A DNA stretch of 64,000 nt from Eledone cirrhosa (Eukaryota), in contig OZ024753.1 in NCBI GenBank assembly GCA_964016885.1, positions 620,001 through 684,000 on the forward strand, read 5' to 3'. Below, one piece after another: positions 26,821-37,000 of this stretch. How positions within the stretch are numbered: the first letter of the stretch is position 1; each line of letters opens with the position of its first letter. The notes below the pieces were generated by a model, which saw only the letters and a list, made by a program, of their open reading frames with translations, ran no database searches and was not told the DNA's origin. Made by a program: the position numbers and the translations under genes.

Positions 26821-28007
26821 TTTAAAAAGGTACCTATTTACTCGAAAATCTCCCATTATAATGTTATATAAGAAACTTTTTTAAAGTCATGTATGTTATA
26901 ATTACCATCTTGATAATGAAATAATAATTTTAGTAAATTCCTCCAATTCTTTATGAAGAGTTAAAAAAACCTTACCAAACAATCAACTAAATGTTTTTAT
27001 GGATGAATTTCTTTAGAATATTTAATAGTTTTATAAAACAAAAATAGGCTTAAATATTGCAGGGGAGTCTAGCAAAGTTTAACCCTTTTGTAACTGTATT
27101 TCTAATGAAATACACTATTTCAATTAATGAAGAATTTTGAAGGATTTGTTAAATTATAATTTATTTCATTACTAAGATAATAATTTTACATATATTTCTT
27201 GCATAAATTATATTGAAAGATTTTAATTTAAATAGGAATCTTTTAAAATTAGTAATTTTATTTCATAAAACCAGAGCCAGTTTTGGTTGGAATGGTATCA
27301 ACTAGGTTAACTTGAAATGTAAAAATGAGATAATCGTATAATACAATCGAATAATAAATTTGGTTACCTCCCTTCATTTAGCAAGTTTGTTGAGTTGATT
27401 TGATTTCACTTCCCCAACCCCCGTTTCATGATAAGGATAAGATAAAAAAAAATCTTAATTACATAAAATAATGTTCTAGTAATGAAGCAGTAATGAATAT
27501 ATGTAGTAAATATGACTTGTTTAACATGTCCAAATAATTTTCCCCACTTCAAGTGACATCCTTTGCCACACCATGGGCCCTTAAATTCTGATGGAGTCGT
27601 AGAAGCAATGTCATGACAAATAGTATAACTTGGGCATTTATAACCCGGTGGGGGCCCATCCTTCTCTAGATCTGAACACAGCTGATTTCTTCTAGAGAAT
27701 GAACGAGAGAAATATTTCGAGGCAGAATCAACCCCAGGACTTGACTGGTTATTTATTTATCGATCTCAAAAGGATGAAAGGTAAAGTTGACTTCAGTGAG
27801 ATTCGAACTCAAAGTACAGAAATCTGGAACAAGTACCTCAAATCTTTCTCTCAAACATTCTAAAGACACTGCCAAATCCCCACCTTTTCAATAGAATAAA
27901 ATGCTTTAGAAGAGTATAAAAGAAAGAAAATAAAATTTAAACAAGATTGTTGTAAATATTTAGCTAAAGCAATGTTTATCAAAAGGATGGCATTATCTTT
28001 ATCTTAC

Positions 28008-28071
28008 CTCAGCAGTGTTGACATGTACGATAAACATTTTCCCTTCATAGACTATTCTTTTCATCTGACTC
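28008..28071 (-). CDS. FRMD5: FRMD3/5-like exon: (W)SQMKRIVYEGKMFIVHVNTAE
   Basis: 64 nt, ttctacag|GAGT...CTGAG|gtaaga, phase 2->0. Matches the W....K..FEGK.F pattern of FERM F3. Confidence 0.93.
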
Positions 28072-28149
28072 CTGTAGAATATATAATGATGATAGATGTG
28101 TATTTACTTGAAATAAGAAAAGGAGGTTTCTTTAATTCTTTTGTTACCA

Positions 28150-28490
28150 ACCTGCCTGAAACTCTCCTTTGTGAGATATAGTTTCTTGGGGTCAGTTTTC
28201 AACACTTCTGCCTATATCTTATTTGGTCTTCCTCTATCATGACCTCCAGTCTCTTGGAACTCTTCGCATTTCTTCTCCCAGCATTCATCATCCGTACTCA
28301 TTACATGTCCATACTAGCACAAGCTTCTCTCCTGCACACAACATTTAATTTCTCTTGTACTCAGCTCATCCATGCTTTGTTGTTCATGTATACATCCAAT
28401 AGAGCAGGCTTAATTCCTTTTTCTCTAGCATATCTTCCACATTCATTGTCCATGTCTTACTACCACACAACATCAAACTTCATCACTTTT
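28150..28490 (-). mobile_element. Degenerate RTE LINE C-terminal fragment
   Basis: Weak RTE C-terminal-like translation with many stops. Confidence 0.45.
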
Positions 28491-28969
28491 GATTTTTGTA
28501 TGTTAATAGAAAACAATAAGAGAATGAAAAACAAACACCAAGACAGATGAAGGCATGTAGCTTAGCAGTTAGGGTGTTGGATTCATGATCATAAGTCATG
28601 GGTTCAATTCCTAGACTGGGTAGTGTGTTGTGTTCTTGAGAGAAACACTTCATTTCATGTTCCTTTTTATGATAAGACTAGGGTCATTATTAAAATACCC
28701 AAGAAACCTCTTATGACATGCAACCTTGAATGAGGCTAGCTAAACCTGCACAGATATGAGTTGTAACAACACAAGACTAGGGTCCCTATGACTAATAGAC
28801 CCAAGAAACATCTTAAGATTTGCAGCTTTGTAGGAGGCCAGGTAAACATAGGTGTGAGCTATATAATAATTTTTTTCATTTCAGAAGATACAATAAAACA
28901 ATACATGATACCAGCAATATGAACAAATATTTTGTTTTATACACATATATACATTTTATATATATATAT

Positions 28970-29040
<71 letters not shown>

Positions 29041-29129
29041 CATGTGAACAGGTGTGTTCTCCTGTTGCCATGGAATGTCATAATACCTTGATGTGTGATT
29101 CCAAGAAACAGTGGGTTACCTTTCTGATC
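29041..29129 (-). CDS. FRMD5: FRMD3/5-like exon: DQKGNPLFLGITHQGIMTFHGNRRTHLFT(W)
   Basis: 89 nt, ttttaacag|GATC...ACATG|gtaagt, phase 0->2. Start of the F3 (PH-like) lobe. Confidence 0.93.
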
Positions 29130-29224
29130 CTGTTAAAATAAATAGATTTTTCTTGTAGTTGTATTTTTAAACTTCAAATATTAAAATTATATGCAGAAAA
29201 TCAACATTGAATGTTCATAAATAG

Positions 29225-29570
29225 GAATTGAGTCTACTTTAATGTGGATCAATGTTCAACAGTAACATTTGAACCAAACTTAACGTGATGTGAATCAATG
29301 TTCGACAGTGATAATTGAACCTACCATAACATGATGTGGATCAATGTTGACATTTAAGCCTACCTTAACATTATGTTGATCAATGTTCAAGAGTGAGAAT
29401 TGAACCTACCATAACATGATGTGGATCAATGTTCAATAGTGACATTTGAGCCTACCTTAACAAGATGTTGATCAATGTTCAATAGTGACATTTGAGCCTA
29501 CCTTAACAGGATTTTGATCAATGTTCAACAGTGAGAATTGAACCTACCTTAACATGATGTGGATCAATGC
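29225..29570. repeat. 46-bp tandem repeat derived from the exon end and splice donor
   Basis: cctacc(t/a)taac starts at 29320, 29359, 29405, 29451, 29497 and 29543, with decayed units near 29232 and 29274. Confidence 0.92.
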
Positions 29571-29635
29571 CATAAGTGTCCAGTGAAGCTGCTTTTTTCA
29601 AAAAGTTCTTCTCTGCTTCAGCAGGAACTTGTTTT
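29548..29635 (-). CDS. FRMD5: FRMD3/5-like exon: (Q)KQVPAEAEKNFLKKAASLDTYGIDPHHVK
   Basis: 88 nt, ttatgtag|AAAAC...TTAAG|gtaggt, phase 2->0. FERM motif PAEAE.NFL.KA..L.TYG.D.H. Confidence 0.95.
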
Positions 29636-30174
29636 CTACATAACAAAAAGAAACAAATATAACACTGAATGTACATGTATGACAGCACATCGAGCAAAGT
29701 TTTGGTGGTATTTGTTTTGGGTCTTTATGTTCTGAATTCAAATCTTGCTGAAATCTACTTTGCCTTCCATCCTGGGATCAATAAAATAAAATACTGGGGT
29801 TGTTGTAATCAACTTTCAAATCATGTTTGATTTTCATCCATCTGAGGTATCTATGAAATGAAATTACCAGTAAAGTACTGAGGTATAATTAATTTTACAC
29901 CTCACCTCACCAAATTTTTGGCCTTGTGCCTAAATCAGAAACCATTATTATTGGATTGGCAGTATCGGTAGAGGGTCGGACGCCATGCTTTGCAGCATAT
30001 AGTTACGGCTCTGAGCTCAAATCCCGCCGAGATTAACTTTGCCTTTCATCCTTATGGGGTCGATAAAATAAAGTACCAGTCACGCACTGGGTCGATTTAA
30101 TTGACTTTCCCCTCCCCCAAATTACTGGCCTTGTGCCTATATAAGAAACCATTATTATTACTAATATTACTAAG

Positions 30175-30365
30175 GGCGGTGAATTGGCAGTATCAGTAGA
30201 GGGTCTGACGCCATGCTTTGCAGCAAAGAGTTACGTCCCTTTACAGTCTGAGTTCAAATCCCGTCGAGGTTAACTTTGCCTTTCATCCTTACGGGGTCGA
30301 TAAAATAAAGTACCAGTAATGTACTGGGTAATTGCTGGCCTTGTGCCAAAAGTAGAAACAATTAT
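30175..30365 (+). mobile_element. tRNA-derived SINE with Nin/Deu-like central domain (representative of ~30 copies)
   Basis: GGCGGTGAATTGGCAGTATC (A box)..GAGTTCAAATCC (B box)..TTTGCCTTTCATCCTTACGGGGTCGATAAAATAAAGTACCAG..GGCCTTGTGCC..AGAAAC(AAT/ATT)n. Minus-strand copies near 190, 1340, 2300-2910, 10130-10810, 15390, 17550, 21295, 27720, 41560-42540, 45330-45720, 46015, 48460-49370, 53925-54260 and 55160. Confidence 0.9.
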
Positions 30366-30559
30366 TCTTACTAGTTGTATCCCCTGAATACAAAAACACA
30401 TTTTTTTTCCACACCTGTTGACAGGAATGTATTTAAAACCCCCCCTCTCCCACAATGTTGTGACAGCTCTTTCACTCTCTCACTGTATTTCTCACTTAAC
30501 AACAACAACTTATCATTAAAGTGTAAGTCTTTTTTTAAAAGTTTGTGTTGTGTTGTTGA

Positions 30560-30730
30560 ACACAGAAACACACAGAAACACAGAGAAACACAGAAACACA
30601 GAGAAACACAGAGAAACACAGAGAAACACAGAAACACAGAGAAACACAGAGAAACACAGAGAAACACAGAGAAACACAGAGAAACACAGAAACACACAGA
30701 AACACACAGAAACACACAGAAACACACAGA
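30560..30730. repeat. (ACACAGAGAA/ACACAGAA)n satellite
   Basis: Direct inspection. Confidence 0.9.
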
Positions 30731-32094
30731 AAGAACAAAAAATCCCCATATTCTTTTTGTTTGTTTGCACTTTTACACTTTAGTTAGAGAGGAGGAGGTG
30801 GAGTAGTATTTCCATTCTTCTATATAGAGTGCATGGATGGACAGACTGACAGACACGGCTCTTATTATAGTATAGATTATTATTGTTATCTATATTTATT
30901 ATTATAAGGTTTTGGGTTTGAGTTTTGGAGCAGGTGGTGTATTGTGTTCTTCAACAAGACATTTCATTTCATGTTACTTTTCATGATAGGACTGGGACTT
31001 CAATCATTAAATCACCTGAGAAACCTCCAATGACATGCAACCTCATGGGGGGGGGGGGGGGGGGGGGCAGGTAAACCTAGATAGGTGTGAGCTGTAATGA
31101 CAACAATGTTGACATTGGGAACTAGTCTTAGTAGTATATGAATTTACAAACACATTTTTTAAAATTAGTCAAAGTACCAACCATTTGTTCCATCCCCAAT
31201 GCCCTAATTATGCATGAAAATAATTATAATTATATATAATTACTATTAAAGTAAACATCAGAATTTCTGCATTTAAAAGTTGTGCTGTTCTAATAATTCC
31301 ATTGAAGAACAATGTTTCTACATTCTTGTAACATATATATATAGTAATATGTATTGGCTTCAGATACTTGCAACAGCTTGGCTTTCCTCCAACCATAACG
31401 GAAAATACTTTGCCAAACTCACATTTAAGCTGTTCTTCTCAGCTCCAGAACTGGGCTAAGTGATATGCACAATCTCCTTTTGTAGATGTTCACTGCTTTA
31501 AACTTCCACCTACATCAATTTCTCAGACATATGCAGCCAGAAAAAACAATTTGCTAAAATTTATAAGTCACTGCCACTTTGAAACCATTTTATATATTGG
31601 TACACATTGGATGGATGAGTAAGACTAGATGGGACAGATGACTGTATCTTCCTCATACATTCCATTTTAGCATTGTTTCTATGGCTGGATGCCCTTCCTA
31701 ATGTAACTAGATGGTAGAACGGATGTTTTTTTTAAAGCTAATAGTATGGAGTTGCATAACTTCTATTGATTGGTCTACACACTAATATATTTTATTTTTA
31801 ACCTCTGAAACAATTGTAAAACAATGAATTAATTAACTTCTGCACATTGACATATTTTTTTCATTGTTCAACATTATATATCTGACTTGGTAGGTTTTCA
31901 ATACACAATAACATGTAATAAAATACTGCTTTTCCACAAAAACAAATTTCACTTTACTTCAAAAGCTATATTCACACCAACACAACATTTAGTTCTAAAA
32001 TGGTTTCAAGTCCATCTTAATTGAGTAAAACATTAATGTGTGCATATATATATAGAGAGAGATATCAGGGCTGACCATCAATCCTATATAAGAG

Positions 32095-32430
32095 GCCAAA
32101 ATGGGATTCCTCCAAAAGGTCTTTGGAGTATCGTTACTTGATAAAGTGTGTAGCTTGGAAATCAGAGAATCAATCCAGGTAGAGCTGCTACTTCTCCAAA
32201 TTAAGAGATCATAACTCCGATATTATGGCCATCTGGTTTGAATCGCTGGACAGATTTTATGGGCAAAACCCAACTGGCAAGAGACCCAGAGGTAGACCCC
32301 AACCAAGATGGTTGGATAACATCCATGAGCTTGGCTGGTCAATCTTGGGTATCCAGCTGGATCAGTTGGAGACAGTTGCTTCTGACAGGACCTGCCCTCA
32401 CGACCCCCTCAGGAATAAGTCAGCAAAGAA
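32095..32430 (+). mobile_element. RTE (Expander/Rex3-like) LINE 3' end
   Basis: FLQKVFGVSLLDKV..IRESIQVE..LRYYGHL..PTGKRPRGRPQPRWLDNI..LGI..VASDR. Confidence 0.85.
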
Positions 32431-32587
32431 GATATATATATATATATATAGTTAATAAAGGAAACAAAACATACACAGGGATGCAAAAAATGCAGTTATT
32501 ATTAGGTTCACCCTTGGATATATGTGTATATATATATAAATGTATGTATATACATATATATATATATATATATAAAATCTAACTCAC

Positions 32588-32708
32588 TGAAGTGTCTTGT
32601 GTAGTTCAGCAATCTGTTCTTCTATTTTGACATTTTGTTTTGGTAGCATCTTAAATTGTGAGACATATCCTGGAGGGTGGTCTTGTTCATCATAGTCCCC
32701 CAATTCAG
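32588..32708 (-). CDS. FRMD5: FRMD3/5-like exon: (S)ELGDYDEQDHPPGYVSQFKMLPKQNVKIEEQIAELHKTL(Q)
   Basis: 121 nt, ttacag|CTGAA...CTTCA|gtgagt, phase 1->2. Carries the FERM F2 motif Q.ELGDYD. Confidence 0.95.
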
Positions 32709-32749
32709 CTGTAATGGCAAAAAACATAGGGTAACATATAAGAATAATA

Positions 32750-32900
32750 TCAGCATCAGATTGGAGTTATGAGCAGAGCCCCTATCAACATCAGATTGGA
32801 GTTCTTATGGGCAGAGCCCCTATCAACATCAGATTGGAGTTCTTATGGGCAGAGTCCCTATCAACATCAGATTGGAGTTCTTATGGGCAGAGCCCCTATG
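32750..32900. repeat. 38-bp tandem repeat, ~4 copies, just upstream of an exon acceptor
   Basis: tatcaacatcagattggagttcttatgggcagagcccc at 32783, 32821 and 32859. Confidence 0.9.
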
Positions 32901-33068
32901 TTTTCAGTTATTTCAGGCCTCCTCTGACACTTCAATCTTTCAACCACCCTAAAATTCAAAAAATTGATGCGCCTCCAAGTCCCTGCAGGGTCTTTAGACT
33001 TCAGCTTAGACAGCTTTATGAATAACATAACTCTGGTTATGGGGTTGTTTCAATGAATGAATTTTATA

Positions 33069-33303
33069 TTAACCTTTTCATTACTATACTTTAAATGGAA
33101 GTCACTGCCTATTGCTTTAAAATCATTTTGAAAAATAATCAATAATTTGGAAGGATTAAGCTGGCATTTTGGAACATAAATGTTTTTACATAAAATTAAG
33201 TTGGAAAGTTTTTAGTTAAATATAAACACATTAAATTAAAATAAACATCTTAGAATTGTAGAAGCAGGGGCAGTTTCAAGTGGTTTGGTATCAAACAGGT
33301 TAA
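33069..33303. mobile_element. Second, older TTAA-flanked MITE family (copies ~3280, 27080, 51290, 56890, 57675, 62235)
   Basis: ttaaccttttcattac...ggtatcaaacaggttaa termini with a shared AT-rich interior. Confidence 0.55.
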
Positions 33304-33849
33304 CTAGAAAAATCATACATTGTTATCAATGAGATAGAGAATCAGAGAGAAAGAAGCATCATAGAGAAACTTGAAATAGCAGGAAGATAGTCTTAGTGTT
33401 TTGGACACTAGTCCTTCATCAGAAGATAGAGTAGTAAATAGAAAATAAAGAAAAAGTAAAGAGTAATGAGAGGAAGGAACAGGGAAAAATGAGAAAAAAA
33501 TTGGGGAGAAAAAAACCAGTGTGTATATTCAGTAGGCCATCTTATATATGAAGTGAAGTGAAGTTAGCAAGTGTTGTTAGAGATGAAATAACACGACAAA
33601 ATAAATAGTTTCATTGAAATATAAAATTTACTTCACTTCAGTGAATAAAGGAACAAAGAATAAGATTTTTATAAATCATAAAGGTTATTTCGTTATATAT
33701 ATATATATATAGTACTGTTGAAGTATTGATATATATATATATAGAACTGGTGAAGTATTGATAGATATTGAAATAGAGAGTGGCAAGAAACCGTTCGTTA
33801 GTAGTAGCAGCAAGGTAGTAATCAAAGCTCAGTGACAAGAGAAGATGAG

Positions 33850-36252
33850 AGTCTGTAGGACCCGGAGAGAGAGAGAGTAATAGTCTGTAGACCCAGAGAG
33901 AGAGTAATAGTCTGTAGACCCAGAGAGAGAGAGAGTAATAGTCTGTAGACCCAGAGAGAGAGTAATAGTCTGTAGACCCAGAGAGAGAGAGAGTAATAGT
34001 CTGTAGACCCAGAGAGAGAGAGAGAGTAATAGTCTGTAGACCCAGAGAGAGAGAGAGTAATAGTCTGTAGACCCAGAGAGAGAGAGAGAGTAATAGTCTG
34101 TAGACCCAGAGAGAGAGAGAGTAATAGTCTGTAGACCCAGAGAGAGAGAGAGAGTAATAGTCTGTAGACCCAGAGAGAGAGAGAGTAATAGTCTGTAGAC
34201 CCAGAGAGAGAGTAATAGTCTGTAGACCCAGAGAGAGAGAGAGTAATAGTCTGTAGACCCAGAGAGAGAGAGAGTAATAGTCTGTAGACCCAGAGAGAGA
34301 GTAATAGTCTGTAGACCCAGAGAGAGAGTAATAGTCTGTAGACCCAGAGAGAGAGAGAGTAATAGTCTGTAGACCCAGAGAGAGAGAGAGTAATAGTCTG
34401 TAGACCCAGAGAGAGAGAGAGAGTAATAGTCTGTAGACCCAGAGAGAGAGAGAGTAATAGTCTGTAGACCCAGAGAGAGAGTAATAGTCTGTAGACCCAG
34501 AGAGAGAGTAATAGTCTGTAGACCCAGAGAGAGAGTAATAGTCTGTAGACCCAGAGAGAGAGTAATAGTCTGTAGACCCAGAGAGAGAGAGAGTAATAGT
34601 CTGTAGACCCAGAGAGAGAGTAATAGTCTGTAGACCCAGAGAGAGAGAGAGTAATAGTCTGTAGACCCAGAGAGAGAGAGAGAGTAATAGTCTGTAGACC
34701 CAGAGAGAGAGAGAGTAATAGTCTGTAGACCCAGAGAGAGAGTAATAGTCTGTAGACCCAGAGAGAGAGTAATAGTCTGTAGACCCAGAGAGAGAGTAAT
34801 AGTCTGTAGACCCAGAGAGAGAGTAATAGTCTGTAGACCCAGAGAGAGAGTAATAGTCTGTAGACCCAGAGAGAGAGAGAGTAATAGTCTGTAGACCCAG
34901 AGAGAGAGTAATAGTCTGTAGACCCAGAGAGAGAGAGAGTAATAGTCTGTAGACCCAGAGAGAGAGAGAGAGTAATAGTCTGTAGACCCAGAGAGAGAGA
35001 GAGTAATAGTCTGTAGACCCAGAGAGAGAGTAATAGTCTGTAGACCCAGAGAGAGAGTAATAGTCTGTAGACCCAGAGAGAGAGTAATAGTCTGTAGACC
35101 CAGAGAGAGAGTAATAGTCTGTAGACCCAGAGAGAGAGAGAGTAATAGTCTGTAGACCCAGAGAGAGAGTAATAGTCTGTAGACCCAGAGAGAGAGTAAT
35201 AGTCTGTAGACCCAGAGAGAGAGTAATAGTCTGTAGACCCAGAGAGAGAGTAATAGTCTGTAGACCCAGAGAGAGAGTAATAGTCTGTAGACCCAGAGAG
35301 AGAGTAATAGTCTGTAGACCCAGAGAGAGAGAGAGTAATAGTCTGTAGACCCAGAGAGAGAGAGAGTAATAGTCTGTAGACCCAGAGAGAGAGAGAGTAA
35401 TAGTCTGTAGACCCAGAGAGAGAGTAATAGTCTGTAGACCCAGAGAGAGAGTAATAGTCTGTAGACCCAGAGAGAGAGTAATAGTCTGTAGACCCAGACA
35501 GAGAGTAATAGTCTGTAGACCCAGACAGAGAGTAATAGTCTGTAGACCCAGAGAGAGAGAGAGTAATAGTCTGTAGACCCAGAGAGAGAGAGAGTAATAG
35601 TCTGTAGACCCAGAGAGAGAGAGAGTAATAGTCTGTAGACCCAGAGAGAGAGTAATAGTCTGTAGACCCAGAGAGAGAGTAATAGTCTGTAGACCCAGAG
35701 AGAGAGTAATAGTCTGTAGACCCAGAGAGAGAGTAATAGTCTGTAGACCCAGAGAGAGAGTAATAGTCTGTAGACCCAGAGAGAGAGTAATAGTCTGTAG
35801 ACCCAGAGAGAGAGAGAGTAATAGTCTGTAGACCCAGAGAGAGAGAGAGTAATAGTCTGTAGACCCAGAGAGAGAGAGAGTAATAGTCTGTAGACCCAGA
35901 GAGAGAGTAATAGTCTGTAGACCCAGAGAGAGAGTAATAGTCTGTAGACCCAGAGAGAGAGTAATAGTCTGTAGACCCAGACAGAGAGTAATAGTCTGTA
36001 GACCCAGACAGAGAGTAATAGTCTGTAGACCCAGAGAGAGAGAGAGTAATAGTCTGTAGACCCAGAGAGAGAGTAATAGTCTGTAGACCCAGAGAGAGAG
36101 TAATAGTCTGTAGACCCAGAGAGAGAGTAATAGTCTGTAGACCCAGAGAGAGAGTAATAGTCTGTAGACCCAGAGAGAGAGTAATAGTCTGTAGACCCAG
36201 AGAGAGAGTAATAGTCTGTAGACCCAGAGAGAGAGTAATAGTCTGTAGACCC
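33850..36252. repeat. 2.4-kb minisatellite, ~80 units of GTAATAGTCTGTAGACCC(AG)n
   Basis: Near-invariant core with 27/31/33-bp units. Confidence 0.98.
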
Positions 36253-36495
36253 GAAGGGATCTGGAGAAAGCAAATGTTTTACATCGTTACTCTATCAAGA
36301 ACTGCTTCGAACTGCCTTTTGCTTGATCTAAGACAGGCTATTTATATCTGTCACATCCTCTGTCCCCTGCCTTGAGAACCACCGGGGTGACCTCGAGAGA
36401 TCGCCCACACAGACTTGTTTACGCCAAAAAGGAGGTAACCCAGAATTTGACCATTAAATGGCTCCCAGGGGTCAAGTTGGGGACAGATTTCGCAA
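36253..36495 (-). mobile_element. Probable decayed LINE 3' end running into the minisatellite
   Basis: Weak RTE-like C-terminal remnants (AVLDRV), contiguous with the first GGGTCTACAGACTATTAC unit. Confidence 0.35.
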
Positions 36496-36582
36496 AAATA
36501 TATATATATTATATATGTTGGACAAGTTATACATATACACATACATACATATTTACACACATATATACACTGACACATGTAT

Positions 36583-36714
<132 letters not shown>

Positions 36715-37000
36715 TTGGTTAAGAGAGTGGGACTGGCTTTGTGCAGTGCCTTTGCTCACTATAAAAGCTTCAGGGCACAGGCATTGCTTTATATCTGGAG
36801 ATCTCTCTGCACTTGTCGTCACATGGTACCATGGGCCCAGCACTGTGTCAATAATGGTCACAAGTGTAGTCTTTGTACCAGAGTTTTCAAGTCGCTGGCT
36901 GGACTAAAAAGTCACACTCGTTCACCGCATCGGTAGGGGTTCTCCTACATGGATATAAAGTAGTGGCCGTACTCGAAAACGAGTTGGCAGCCACCATGTA
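36715..37000 (+). mobile_element. RTE-type LINE 3' end with terminal C2H2 finger
   Basis: HKCSLCTRVFKSLAGLKSHTRSPHR then a (TGTA)n tail. Confidence 0.55.

Noticed and set aside
33829-36273. 814-aa minus-strand ORF; CRISPR-like look of constant repeat plus variable spacer
   Set aside because: The unit has no stop codon in any minus frame. The spacers are only (AG)n, there are no cas genes, and the context is a eukaryotic intron.
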